In this document: positions 1-8,908 of the stretch, piece by piece
Numbering within the stretch: the stretch's first letter is position 1
How the letters are laid out: each line of letters starts with the position of its first letter
NCBI GenBank assembly: GCA_965262725.1
Contig: OZ253555.1
Location: forward strand, 2,304,001 to 2,368,000
From: Dehalococcoidia bacterium
GTDB lineage: Bacteria; Chloroflexota; Dehalococcoidia; UBA2979
DNA: 64,000 bases
Direction of reading: 5' to 3'
Notes under the pieces: model-generated
Told to the model about the DNA's origin: nothing
Seen by the model: only the letters and a program-made list of their open reading frames with translations
Database searches by the model: none
Program-made: the position numbers and the translations under genes

Positions 1-70
1 ACGCGGGAGCGATCGACGACCGGCATCCCGTCCCCCCGGCCGACGCCGTCGGCGACGGGAGGCGAGACGC

Positions 71-108
71 AAAGAGAGAGGCGCGCCGGCCGATGGCCGA
101 CGCGCCTC
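71..108 (-). terminator. Intrinsic terminator of the small minus-strand transcript
   Basis: 14-bp GC stem on the minus strand, GAGGCGCGTCGGCC-ATC-GGCCGGCGCGCCTC (one G-U pair), followed by TCTCTTT. Confidence 0.7.
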
Positions 109-133
109 GCGTATATCGCACCGGACCCGGGAA

Positions 134-205
134 CTAGCCCGGACGCACCTCCTCAGAGATGCCGGGGAAGCGCCCGCGATCCGGGCGACATTGTCTATCA
201 CTCAT
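134..205 (-). CDS. Putative 23-aa small protein MSDRQCRPDRGRFPGISEEVRPG (may instead be an sRNA)
   Basis: ATG at 205 and TAG at 134-136, preceded by AAAGGAGGTGAT, lying between a sigma70-type promoter and a terminator. Confidence 0.45.
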   Translation of the reverse strand: MSDRQCRPDRGRFPGISEEVRPG

Positions 206-234
206 AAGAGGCATCACCTCCTTTCCTGCCGGCG

Positions 235-263
235 AAGATAGCGGCGCGGTCGGGGGTCGTCAA
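235..263 (-). promoter_or_regulatory. Sigma70-type promoter
   Basis: TTGACG (263-258), 17-bp spacer, TATCTT (240-235). Confidence 0.65.
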
Positions 264-344
264 TCCAACGGCGCAGCGTCGTGCGCATGTGCGGCGGCGC
301 GGCCCCACGGCGGGTCTCGCACCCTCTCCGGGCTTGGCGAGCCG

Positions 345-1718
345 CTACCCGAGCGTCGCCCGCACGGCAGCGTCGAGGGCGCCGACCACCTGGTCCACCT
401 CGTCTCCGTTCACCACGAGCGGGGGCGCGAGGACGATCTCATCGCCGACGAAGCGCGTGATCACGGATCCCTCCTCGCGCATGTGGCGCGCGACCCGTCC
501 GCCGACCCCCTCCGAGGCATCGAAGCGCTCGCCGCTCCCCGCGTCCCGCACGAGCGAGAGCCCGGCGATCAGTCCGAGCTGCCGGATGTTGGCGACGTGG
601 GGGTGCGCCCCGAGCGAGGCGCGTAGCCCCTCGCCCAGGCGCTCGCCCATCGCCCGGCCGTTCTCGACCAGGCGCTCCTCCTCGATGATGCGCAGGTTGC
701 GCAGCGCCACCGCGGCCGCGGTCGGGTGCGCGCTGTTCGTGTAGGCGTGCATGAAGCGCGCGTCCGGCGGGAGGTCGTGGAGCGCCTCCGTGATCGGGCC
801 CGAGAGCACGACCGCCCCCAGCGGCACGTAGCCGGAGGTGATCGCCTTCGCGACGGAGAGGATGTCCGGGACGACGCCCCAGCGCTCGAGTGCGAACCAG
901 TGTCCCGTGCGGCCGAATCCGGTGATCACCTCGTCGGAGACGAGGAGCACCTCGTACCGGTCGCAGATCTCGCGGAGCCGCGGAAAGTAGTCGTCCGAGG
1001 GCGTCCAGACGCCCCCCGCCCCCTTCACGGGCTCGGCGATCACGCAGGCGACAGTGTCGGCGCCGGCGCGCTCGATCGCGGACTCGATCCAGTGCGCGCA
1101 TTCGCCGTCCGCGTTCGGCCGGCAGCCGCACTCCAGGTTCTCGGGGCGGGTCGCACGGATGACGTCGTCAGGGAGCGGCCCGAAGTACTTCCAGAATGCC
1201 GGCAGCCCCGTCATGGCCGAGGTGGCGAGCGTGCCGCCGTGGTAGGCGCGCTCGCGCGCCACCACCTTCACCTTCCCGGAGCGCCCCATGAGGTTCCAGT
1301 AGAAGCGCGCCGTCTTGAAGGCGGCCTCGTTGGATTCAGAGCCGGAGTTGGTGAAGTAGACGCCTTCCATCCCGTCGTAGGCGAGGCCGGCCAGGGTGCG
1401 GGCGAGCTCGATGGCGGGAACGTTGGAGAAGCCCGTGTAGTTGTTCGTGAAGGCCAGCCGGCGCATCTGCTCGGAGGCGGCGTCGGCGAGTTCGGCGCGG
1501 CCGTGGCCGACCGCGACGTTCCAGAGCGAGGAGAGCCCGTCGATGTAGCGGCGGCCGCGCACATCGGTCAGCCAGACGCCCTCGCCGGAGGCGAAGATCA
1601 CCGGATCGGCGTGATCGGGCGCGTAGTACTGCGGGTGCAGCAGGTGACCGAGGTCCTCCTCGACGAGGCGCGCGATCGTCGCCTCGTCCAGCCGCGGGCC
1701 CATCCCCGTCGTGCTCAC
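345..1718 (-). CDS. Class-III PLP-dependent aminotransferase
   Basis: IDGLSSLWNVAVGHG, NSGSESNEAAFK, YHGGT, DEVITGFGRTG and PDILSVAKAITSGY (PLP lysine). Confidence 0.93.
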   Translation of the reverse strand: MSTTGMGPRLDEATIARLVEEDLGHLLHPQYYAPDHADPVIFASGEGVWLTDVRGRRYIDGLSSLWNVAVGHGRAELADAASEQMRRLAFTNNYTGFSNVPAIELARTLAGLAYDGMEGVYFTNSGSESNEAAFKTARFYWNLMGRSGKVKVVARERAYHGGTLATSAMTGLPAFWKYFGPLPDDVIRATRPENLECGCRPNADGECAHWIESAIERAGADTVACVIAEPVKGAGGVWTPSDDYFPRLREICDRYEVLLVSDEVITGFGRTGHWFALERWGVVPDILSVAKAITSGYVPLGAVVLSGPITEALHDLPPDARFMHAYTNSAHPTAAAVALRNLRIIEEERLVENGRAMGERLGEGLRASLGAHPHVANIRQLGLIAGLSLVRDAGSGERFDASEGVGGRVARHMREEGSVITRFVGDEIVLAPPLVVNGDEVDQVVGALDAAVRATLG

Positions 1719-1742
1719 GGCATCCCCCTCCTCAGCCGGCTC

Positions 1743-3302
1743 TCACCGCGCCTGCCTCCGGGCGTGCGAACCGAAGCGTGCGGCGACCAGCTCCCCTGCC
1801 ACCGCGCGCTCGTCCCACGGGTGCGCGCCGTCCGCGCGCTCGATGCTGCGCTCGTGCCCCTTGCCGGCGAGCACCACCGCGTCGCCCGGACGGGCGAGCT
1901 CGAGCGCACGCCCGATCGCCTCCCTGCGGTCCGGGACCCGCTCGAAGCTCCGGCCCTCGACGCCGCCAGCATCACGCATCGCCGATGCCAGCGCCTCCAG
2001 TATCGCGTCGGGCTCCTCCGATCGCGGATCCTCCTCGGTCAGGACCGCGTAGTCGGAGAGCTCGGCGGCGGCCCGGCCCATGCCGGCCCGTCGCTCCGTT
2101 CCGCGCTCGCCGGCACAGCCGAAGACCACGATCAGGCGTCCCGGCACTCGTGCGCGGAGCGTCTTCAGGAGCTGGCGCAGAGCCGCCTCCGTGTGCGCGT
2201 AGTCCACGACCACCTCCACCGGTGAGTCGGCGATGAGCTCCATGCGTCCGGGAACGCCGGGAGAGGCCGCGAGCCCGGCCGCGGCGCGTACGGGATCGAG
2301 GTCGAGTGCGTACGCGACCGCCAGGGCGGCCACGGCGTTCGCGAGGTTGGCCCGGCCGGGAAGCGGCGCGTGCGCCTCAATCGCCGCCGTCCGGGAGCCG
2401 TGCCGTCCGAGCGCCAGGAGAAAGCGCGAGTCGCGCTGCCGCCATTCGACGGATTCGGCCCGGACCGAGGCGCCTGGGATTCCCTCCCCGCCCTCCAGCG
2501 CGTAGCGCAACGCGCGAGCCCGCGTGCTCCGCGCGAGGTAGTCCGCCGCGTCGGGCTCGTCGGCGTTCAGCACCGCCCAACCGTCGGGGGGCAGCATCTC
2601 GAACAGCCTGGCCTTCGCGGCGTGGTAGGCCTCCCGCGTGCCGTGGAAGTCGAGATGGTCGGCGCCGAGCGTGGTGGCGACGCCAACATCGAAGCCGGCC
2701 CCGTCGAGCCGGTGCTGCACGAGCCCGTGCGAGCTCGCCTCGATGACGGCGTGGGTGCAGCCGGCGTCGACCATCTCGGCGAGCAGCCGCTGGACGTCGG
2801 GCGCCTCGGGCGTGGTGAGGCGCGAGAGGGGCAGCCGGACATCGCCGGCGACCCGCGACTCGACCGTCGAGAGGAGTCCGCCCGAGAGCCCCGCCCCCTC
2901 GAGGGCGGCAAGCGAGAAGAATGCCGTCGTCGACTTCCCGTCGGTGCCGGTCACACCGACGACGGTGAGACGGCGCGCGGGATGGCCCTCGTGCGCGGCG
3001 GCGACGGAGGCGAGCGCCGCGCGGCCGTCCGGGACCTCGACAAGCGGGACGCCCGTGGAGCGCAGCGGCTCGCCGCGGCCGCTCTCGGCGACGATCGCGG
3101 CGGCTCCGGCCCGCGCCGACTGCGTGGCGTGGTCGTGCCCGTCCGAACGCCGGCCGCTGAGGCAGACGAAGAGGTCCCCCGGCTCGACCAGTCGAGAATC
3201 ATGGCGAACGGCGCCCACGCGCGGGGGAAGCTCGGAGCCGGCGAGGAGGCGCGCCTCGGGGGGAAGTCCCTCTCGCCAATCGCCGCGCGACTCCGGTGCC
3301 AC
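1743..3302 (-). CDS. murE: UDP-N-acetylmuramoyl-L-alanyl-D-glutamate--diamino acid ligase MurE
   Basis: DSRLVEPGDLF, GVTGTDGKSTT, LTTPEA, IEASSHG, DHLDFH, VVDYAHT, VFGCAGER, EDPR, AGKGHE. Confidence 0.92.
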   Translation of the reverse strand: MAPESRGDWREGLPPEARLLAGSELPPRVGAVRHDSRLVEPGDLFVCLSGRRSDGHDHATQSARAGAAAIVAESGRGEPLRSTGVPLVEVPDGRAALASVAAAHEGHPARRLTVVGVTGTDGKSTTAFFSLAALEGAGLSGGLLSTVESRVAGDVRLPLSRLTTPEAPDVQRLLAEMVDAGCTHAVIEASSHGLVQHRLDGAGFDVGVATTLGADHLDFHGTREAYHAAKARLFEMLPPDGWAVLNADEPDAADYLARSTRARALRYALEGGEGIPGASVRAESVEWRQRDSRFLLALGRHGSRTAAIEAHAPLPGRANLANAVAALAVAYALDLDPVRAAAGLAASPGVPGRMELIADSPVEVVVDYAHTEAALRQLLKTLRARVPGRLIVVFGCAGERGTERRAGMGRAAAELSDYAVLTEEDPRSEEPDAILEALASAMRDAGGVEGRSFERVPDRREAIGRALELARPGDAVVLAGKGHERSIERADGAHPWDERAVAGELVAARFGSHARRQAR

Positions 3303-3415
3303 TCGTTCTCCCGCCCTGTGCGGCCGTCATCGTAGCGGAGGCTTCCCGCTGGGGCTTCGGCGTACACTCGCCGCACGCCCGACGAGGGCGAGCGCGAGCG
3401 GGGGACGGGGGCGCG

Positions 3416-3895
3416 ATGATCCGCCTGACGGACGAGATGCAGAGCGCCGTGAACGACGCCCTCACGGAGGGCGTGCCCATCACGATCGCCGCCGTCGACG
3501 CCGCGGGCCAGCCGAACATCACCTTCCGCGGCAGCACGCAGGCGCTCGACGAGGAGCGGCTTGCCCTCTGGGCACGCAACCCGGAGGGGGGCCTCGTGCG
3601 CTCGATCCAGAGCAACCCGCGCGTCGCGCTGCTCTACCGGCACCCGGCGCGGGGCCTCGCACTGCTCTTCCACGGCCGCGCGCACGTGACCGAGGACGCC
3701 GCACTCGCGGCGGCCATCTACGAGCGATCGCCCGAGCCGGAGCGGGCCCGGGACCCGGAGCGCGGCGGCGTCGCGGTGGTGATCGAACTCGACCGCGTGA
3801 TCCAGCGCGGGGCCGCGATCATGGAGCGCGACCAGGCGGTCGCAGCCTCCCCGCGGCTGCCTGCGGCGCCGGAGAGTGGGACAGGGGACCTGTAA
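3416..3895 (+). CDS. Pyridoxamine 5'-phosphate oxidase-like (FMN/F420 split-barrel) protein
   Basis: Start refined to ATG 3416; IAAVDAAGQPNITFRGS and IQSNPRVALLY split-barrel motifs. Confidence 0.75.
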   Translation: MIRLTDEMQSAVNDALTEGVPITIAAVDAAGQPNITFRGSTQALDEERLALWARNPEGGLVRSIQSNPRVALLYRHPARGLALLFHGRAHVTEDAALAAAIYERSPEPERARDPERGGVAVVIELDRVIQRGAAIMERDQAVAASPRLPAAPESGTGDL

Positions 3896-4283
3896 GCGGG
3901 ATTCTGTCCCGCCCGCCGCCCGAGGGGCGGAAGCGGGGACGGTCATCCATCTAGGACGGCGGTTGCCCGCCGCCTCCAGCAGCCTACCCGGGGGCGGGAC
4001 CGGACCTCCCATCGCCCCCCTATGTGGCCTTGCTCCGGGTGGGGTTTGCCCGGCCGCCCCGTCTCCGGGAACGCCGGTGCGCTCTTACCGCACCATTTCA
4101 CCCTTGCCGCCCCGCCGGGCCCGGGGGCTCCGCGGGGAGGCGGTATGTTTCTGTGGCACTTTCCGTCGGCTCGCGCCGCCCGGCCGTTAGCCGGCACCCT
4201 GTCCGGTGGAGTCCCGACTTTCCTCCCGCGGGGGCGCCCACCACGTGGGGCCGTCCGCTGGCGACCGTCCGGTCCCCTGTCCT
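3879..4283 (-). ncRNA. rnpB: RNase P RNA, bacterial type A
   Basis: GAGGAAAGTCGGGACTCC near the 5' end, AGTGCCACAGAAAC, GGTAAGAGCGCACC, GGCAAACCCCACCCGGAGCAAGGCC, and ACAGAATCCCGCTTA near the 3' end; P1 helix GGACAGGGGAC/GTCCCCTGTCC. Confidence 0.97.
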
Positions 4284-4288
4284 CCCCG

Positions 4289-4297
4289 ATTATCACA
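4289..4297 (-). promoter_or_regulatory. Extended -10 promoter of rnpB
   Basis: TGtGATAAT about 6 nt upstream of the P1 5' strand; overlaps the modC stop codon. Confidence 0.55.
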
Positions 4298-5375
4298 CGG
4301 CCGGGGACTCGTCGGGCTGCATGACCTGGAGGTCGGCGGGCGGGAGCTCGACGACCCAGCGCCGGGTCGAGGCGACCCCGAGCACCTCATACGGGCGCGA
4401 GGCCACCTCCACGAGCACGGCGGGGCCGCGTCCCTCCGGCTCGAGCCTGAGCAGGTGCGCGTTGCCGAAGGCGAGATCCTCCACCACGCCCGCGACGAAG
4501 CAGTTCTGGGGGAGCGCCCCGTCGGGATCGAGGCGGCGCAGGATGCAGCGCTCGGCGCGGACCCCGACGTCGACGCGGACGGCCCCGGCCGGGGGCGGGC
4601 GGTCGGCGGGGAGCGCCAGCGCGAGCCCCCGCACGACGACGCGCCCCCCCTCCACGCGGCCGGCTACGATGTTGCGCACGCCCGTCAGCTCCGCGACGCG
4701 GCGGCCGAGCGGGCGCCGGAAAACCTCGTCACGGCGGTCGAACTGCAGCACGCGGCCCCCGTCGAGAACCGCGATGCGATCGCCGAGCAGGTGCGCCTCG
4801 CGGAGATCGTGCGTCACGAAGAGGATCGGGAGTCCCAGCTCTCGCCGCAGCCGCAGGAGCTCCCCGCGCATCTCCTCGCGCAGCGCCTCGTCGAGAGCCG
4901 AGAACGGCTCGTCGAGCAGGAGCGCCTCTGTGGGACGCACCAGTGCTCGCGCGAGCGCGACGCGCTGGCTCTGGCCGCCCGAGAGCTGGTGCGGTCGCCT
5001 CTCGTCCAGCCCGCCGATGTGGAGCATCGCGCAGAGGCGCGCGTAGCGGGCGTGCGCCTCGCGGGAGCGCTCCACGCCGATCAGGACGTTCCGGCGCACG
5101 TCCAGGTGCGGGAAGAGAGCCGGCTCCTGCACGACGTAGCCGACGCGCCGCCGCTGCGGCGGCAGGTGGAGGCCGGCCGCCGCGTCGACCACGACGCGGC
5201 CCCCGATCTCGATGCGCCCGCGCTCGACCGGTTGCAGCCCGGCGAGGGCGCGCAGCGTCACCGTCTTGCCGGAGCCGGAGGGTCCGTAGAGCACGACCAG
5301 CTCGTCGGCGGCCGCGAGGTCGACTTCGAGGTCGAAGTCGCCCACCCGGGTCCCGAAGGCGGCGGTCAGGGTCAC
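4293..5375 (-). CDS. modC: Molybdate ABC transporter ATP-binding protein
   Basis: GTG start overlapping the modB stop (GTGA); GPSGSGKT, LSGGQSQRVALAR, LLLDEPFSALD, VTHD. Confidence 0.85.
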   Translation of the reverse strand: MTLTAAFGTRVGDFDLEVDLAAADELVVLYGPSGSGKTVTLRALAGLQPVERGRIEIGGRVVVDAAAGLHLPPQRRRVGYVVQEPALFPHLDVRRNVLIGVERSREAHARYARLCAMLHIGGLDERRPHQLSGGQSQRVALARALVRPTEALLLDEPFSALDEALREEMRGELLRLRRELGLPILFVTHDLREAHLLGDRIAVLDGGRVLQFDRRDEVFRRPLGRRVAELTGVRNIVAGRVEGGRVVVRGLALALPADRPPPAGAVRVDVGVRAERCILRRLDPDGALPQNCFVAGVVEDLAFGNAHLLRLEPEGRGPAVLVEVASRPYEVLGVASTRRWVVELPPADLQVMQPDESPAV

Positions 5376-6169
5376 CGGTAGGGCCCTCCTGCCGTCGTCA
5401 CGCGGCTCAGCGCGAGCATGACGGCGAGCGCCAGGGCGACGAGCAGGAGCGAGATCGAGACGGCGCCGGCGAGCCCCGCCGAGGACTCGAAGGCGTTGAG
5501 GATGGCGAGGGGCGCCGTGCGGGTGCTCCCCGGGAGCGATCCGGCGAAGAGCAGCGTCGCCCCGAGTTCCCCGAGCGCGCGCGCCCAGCAGAGCACGGCG
5601 CCGGCCGTGAGCGCCGGCCGCACGAGCGGGAGCGTGACGCTGCGGAAGGTGCGCCATCGCGAGAGCCCGAGCGTGTATGCGACGCCCTCGAAGCGGCGGT
5701 CGGCGCCGCGGAAGCCGGCGTAGGCGGAGCGGACGAAGTAGGGCCCCGCCACGAAGAGCTGCGCCAGCACCACCGCCGCCGTCGTGAACGAGAGCGAGAT
5801 GCCGAGCCCCTCCAGGGGCTCACCTAGGTAGCCGCGCCGGCCGAAGACCGTGAGCAACGCGATGCCGGCGGCGGCCGGCGGTAGCACGATGGGCAGGTCG
5901 ATGAGCGCCGCCGCCAGCCGTGCGCCCCCCCGCCCCGACCGCGCGAGCGCGTACGCGAGCGGCGTCCCCAGGATCGCCGCCAGCAGCGTCGCGAGTGTGG
6001 CCGTCGCGAGCGACAGGCGCAGCGCGCGCCAGCTGTCGGCCGAGCGCAGCTCGGAGGCGACGTCGCCGTCGGTCAGCGCGCGCAGCCCGAGCCCGGCGAC
6101 GGGCAGGAGGAAGAAGAGTGCGAAGAGCGCCGCCGCGGCGAGCCAGCCGTGGCGCGCGATCGCGCTCAT
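5372..6169 (-). CDS. modB: Molybdate ABC transporter permease
   Basis: DLPIVLPPAAAGIALL and WARALGELGATLLFAG; operon context. Confidence 0.88.
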   Translation of the reverse strand: MSAIARHGWLAAAALFALFFLLPVAGLGLRALTDGDVASELRSADSWRALRLSLATATLATLLAAILGTPLAYALARSGRGGARLAAALIDLPIVLPPAAAGIALLTVFGRRGYLGEPLEGLGISLSFTTAAVVLAQLFVAGPYFVRSAYAGFRGADRRFEGVAYTLGLSRWRTFRSVTLPLVRPALTAGAVLCWARALGELGATLLFAGSLPGSTRTAPLAILNAFESSAGLAGAVSISLLLVALALAVMLALSRVTTAGGPYR

Positions 6170-6996
6170 CGTGCCGCCGCCGCCCCGGGCGCTCGGAAGC
6201 CGGCGGCCTCGAGCAGCCGCCAGACGCCCTCGGATGCGAGAAAGTCGGCGAATGCCTTCGCGTCGGCGCCGGCCCCGGCGAGGACGACGGCGACGTACTC
6301 GTTGGCGGGGAGCCCGGCCGGTAGGTCGAGCGCGCGCAGCGCCTCGCCGTCGCGCGCGCTGCCGCGTCGGGCGTCCGTCTCATAGACGAAGGCGGCATCG
6401 GCCTCGCCGGTCTCGACGCGGGAGAGCACGAGCCGCACGCTCGGATCCTCCGTCACGATGTTGGCGCGGATCCGGGCGGCGAGTTCGGCGTCGAGCAGCG
6501 CAAGGGCCGAGCGCGTGAGCGCCCCCACCGGAACGTCGGGCGCCCCCACGGCGACGCGGCGTCCCGGCTCCGCCAGCGCCTCGACCGAGGCGATGGGAGA
6601 TCCCTCCCGCACCACGACGGCGAGCGCGTTGGCCGCGAACCCGAGCGACCGCGTCGCGCCCGCTGCAGCGACGAGGCGCTGGGCCTGGAGCCGGTTGGCA
6701 GAGAGCAGCACGTCGGCGGGCGCTCCCTCCTCGATCTGCGTCGCGAGCAGCTGCGAGCCACCGAAGACGACCGCCACCTCGACCCCCGGCCGCTCGGTCT
6801 CGAAGAGCTCGACCACGCGGGGCAGGACGTCGTCGAGCGACGAGGCGGCGAGGACGCGCAGCGTACGCTCACGCGTGCCGCTCTGGCCCTCGCCGCACGC
6901 GGCGATCAGCGCCGCGAGCACCGCGAGCGCCGCGAGCGCCGCGTGCCAGGAGGCGGACCGCGCGGGGCTCTGAGCCGAACTCTCCGGCACGTGCAT
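6166..6996 (-). CDS. modA: Molybdate ABC transporter substrate-binding lipoprotein
   Basis: Lipobox IAAC; VLAASSL, FGGSQLLATQIEEGAPADV, VPVG, ADAAFVY. Confidence 0.88.
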   Translation of the reverse strand: MHVPESSAQSPARSASWHAALAALAVLAALIAACGEGQSGTRERTLRVLAASSLDDVLPRVVELFETERPGVEVAVVFGGSQLLATQIEEGAPADVLLSANRLQAQRLVAAAGATRSLGFAANALAVVVREGSPIASVEALAEPGRRVAVGAPDVPVGALTRSALALLDAELAARIRANIVTEDPSVRLVLSRVETGEADAAFVYETDARRGSARDGEALRALDLPAGLPANEYVAVVLAGAGADAKAFADFLASEGVWRLLEAAGFRAPGAAAAR

Positions 6997-7103
6997 CCTT
7001 CCCTCCGGCGCACCGCCTTCCGGCGGTGACGATAGCAGCGCGGTCGCGCTGCGGAGCCGCGTGCGGTGCTACGATCGCGCTCCGCCCGGGAGGTCGGTCC
7101 CTG

Positions 7104-7652
7104 GTGATCTTCAATGTTTCCACGCTCCTCGGCGAGCCCGTGGGCGCATCGCGCGATCACGCGCTCGCCGACGCCCCGGCGGAGTCCGCCGCCCGCCCCC
7201 GGCCGATTCGGGGCGCCGCGCGTCTGACGCGGACCACGTCGGGCATCCTCGTCTCGGCGCGTCTCACCCTCGAGACGGATCTGGCGTGCGCGCGCTGCCT
7301 GACCCGATTCCGACGACCCCATGAGATCGCCTTCGACGAGGAGTTCGTGCCCGAGCACGACCCGGCGACCGGCCTGCCGCCGACCGTCGACGACCCGGAC
7401 ACGTTCCGCATCGATGCCCGCCAGCATCTCGACCTCAGCGAGGCGATCCGGCAGTATGAGCAGGCGGCGCTTCCGATCTCCCCGCTCTGCCGCGAGGAGT
7501 GCGCGGGCCTCTGCCCGCGCTGCGGTGCCGACCGCAACGAGAGCCCCTGCGGCTGCTCGGGCGACGACGAGGATCCGCGCTGGGGGCCGCTCGCCGCGAT
7601 CGCCAGCGCGTGGAGGCAGAAGGAGAAGCGGCGTGGCAGTCCCCAAGCGTAA
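7104..7652 (+). CDS. yceD: YceD/DUF177 family metal-binding protein
   Basis: GTG 7104 after GGAGGT; CARCL and LCREECAGLCPRCGADRN; directly upstream of rpmF. Confidence 0.88.
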   Translation: MIFNVSTLLGEPVGASRDHALADAPAESAARPRPIRGAARLTRTTSGILVSARLTLETDLACARCLTRFRRPHEIAFDEEFVPEHDPATGLPPTVDDPDTFRIDARQHLDLSEAIRQYEQAALPISPLCREECAGLCPRCGADRNESPCGCSGDDEDPRWGPLAAIASAWRQKEKRRGSPQA

Positions 7653-7821
7653 GACGCCTCGCGCGAAGCGCAATCACCGCCGCAGCCATCACCGCGTCGC
7701 GGTGCCGCAGCTGGTCGCCTGCACGCAGTGCGGCTCCCAGCACATCAACCACCGCGCCTGCACCGTGTGCGGCAACTACAACGGCCGCCGCGTGCTGGGG
7801 TCCGAGCCGGAGCAGGAGTAG
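7633..7821 (+). CDS. rpmF: 50S ribosomal protein L32 (Zn-ribbon form)
   Basis: MAVPKRKTPRAKRNHRRSH...CTQCG...HRACTVCGNYNGR. Confidence 0.95.
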   Translation: MAVPKRKTPRAKRNHRRSHHRVAVPQLVACTQCGSQHINHRACTVCGNYNGRRVLGSEPEQE

Positions 7822-7923
7822 CGCCGGCCGGGGCCGGGGCGTCGCGCCGGAGGCCAGCGCCTGAGCAGGGGGATGGGGCGGCCGAGCCGTCGGCGTTCCT
7901 CCCCCGTCCCGGAGGTGGCACCC

Positions 7924-8889
7924 ATGCTCCAGGACGCGCTCGGCGAGCTCCCGCGTGATCCCACCGTCGCGTGGCTCTTCCCCGGGCAGGGAGCACAGCA
8001 CGCCGGCATGGGCCGCGACCTCTACGAGGAGAGCAGCTGGGCGCGCGCGATCTTCGACGAGGCGGACGACGCCCTCGGCATCGCGCTCTCCCGCCTCTGC
8101 TTCGACGGTCCGGCAGAGGAGCTGACGCGCACCGTCAACGCACAGCCGGCGCTCGTCGCGCACGGACTCGCGGCGCTCGCAGCCGCCGTCGAGGCGGGGA
8201 GCATCACGGCGCGCCCCGGCCTTCTCGCCGGCCACTCCCTGGGCGAATACGCCGCGCTGGTCGCGGCCGGGGCGCTGTCGGTCGGTGCCGGGCTGCGGCT
8301 CGTCCGCGAGCGCGGCCGGCTGATGCAGGAGGCCTGCGACCGGGAGCCGGGCGCGATGGCGGCGCTCGTCGCGCTCGAACGCGATCGGGTCGAGGCGATC
8401 TGCCTGGCGCACGGCGCCACGATCTGCAACGAGAACGCACCCGGCAACGTCACGATCGGCGGTTCACCCGAAGCGGTCGACGCCGCCTCCGAGCAGGCCC
8501 GCTCGGAGGGCGGACGCGTCTTCCCGCTGGCGGTGGCCGGCGCCTTCCACACGCCCCTGATGGAGAGCGCCGCGGCGGGCATGCGATCGGCGCTCGCGTG
8601 CGTTCGCTTCGCCGACCCCGATCCGCCGGTCGTCTCCAACGTCACCGCCCGGCCGCTTGCGCGCGCGGCCGAGCTTCCGGGGGAGCTCGCGGCGCAGATC
8701 ACAAGCCCCGTGAGGTGGGCCGACTCCGTGCGCGCGCTGGCCGAGTCTGGCGTCTCCCGCCTCATCGAGTTCGGGCCGGGGAAGACGCTCACCGGCGCGG
8801 CGAAGCGCACCGTTCGCGGCATCGACGTCCGGAACGTCGAGAGGGCGGCCGACGCCCGCGCCGGGGCCGATGCCCCGGCCGGCCGATGA
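7924..8889 (+). CDS. fabD: Malonyl-CoA:ACP transacylase
   Basis: FPGQGAQ, GHSLGEY, VAGAFHTPLM; ATG 7924 after GGAGGT. Confidence 0.95.
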   Translation: MLQDALGELPRDPTVAWLFPGQGAQHAGMGRDLYEESSWARAIFDEADDALGIALSRLCFDGPAEELTRTVNAQPALVAHGLAALAAAVEAGSITARPGLLAGHSLGEYAALVAAGALSVGAGLRLVRERGRLMQEACDREPGAMAALVALERDRVEAICLAHGATICNENAPGNVTIGGSPEAVDAASEQARSEGGRVFPLAVAGAFHTPLMESAAAGMRSALACVRFADPDPPVVSNVTARPLARAAELPGELAAQITSPVRWADSVRALAESGVSRLIEFGPGKTLTGAAKRTVRGIDVRNVERAADARAGADAPAGR

Positions 8890-8908
8890 CCCCCGAGAGG
8901 AGGGCGGG

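Noticed and set aside
213-224. ATCACCTCCTTT as the 3' end of a 16S rRNA gene
   Set aside because: The upstream sequence lacks conserved 16S helix 44/45 motifs; it is better read as a minus-strand Shine-Dalgarno
3876-4324. Several ORFs across 3.9-4.3 kb
   Set aside because: They overlap the RNase P RNA gene
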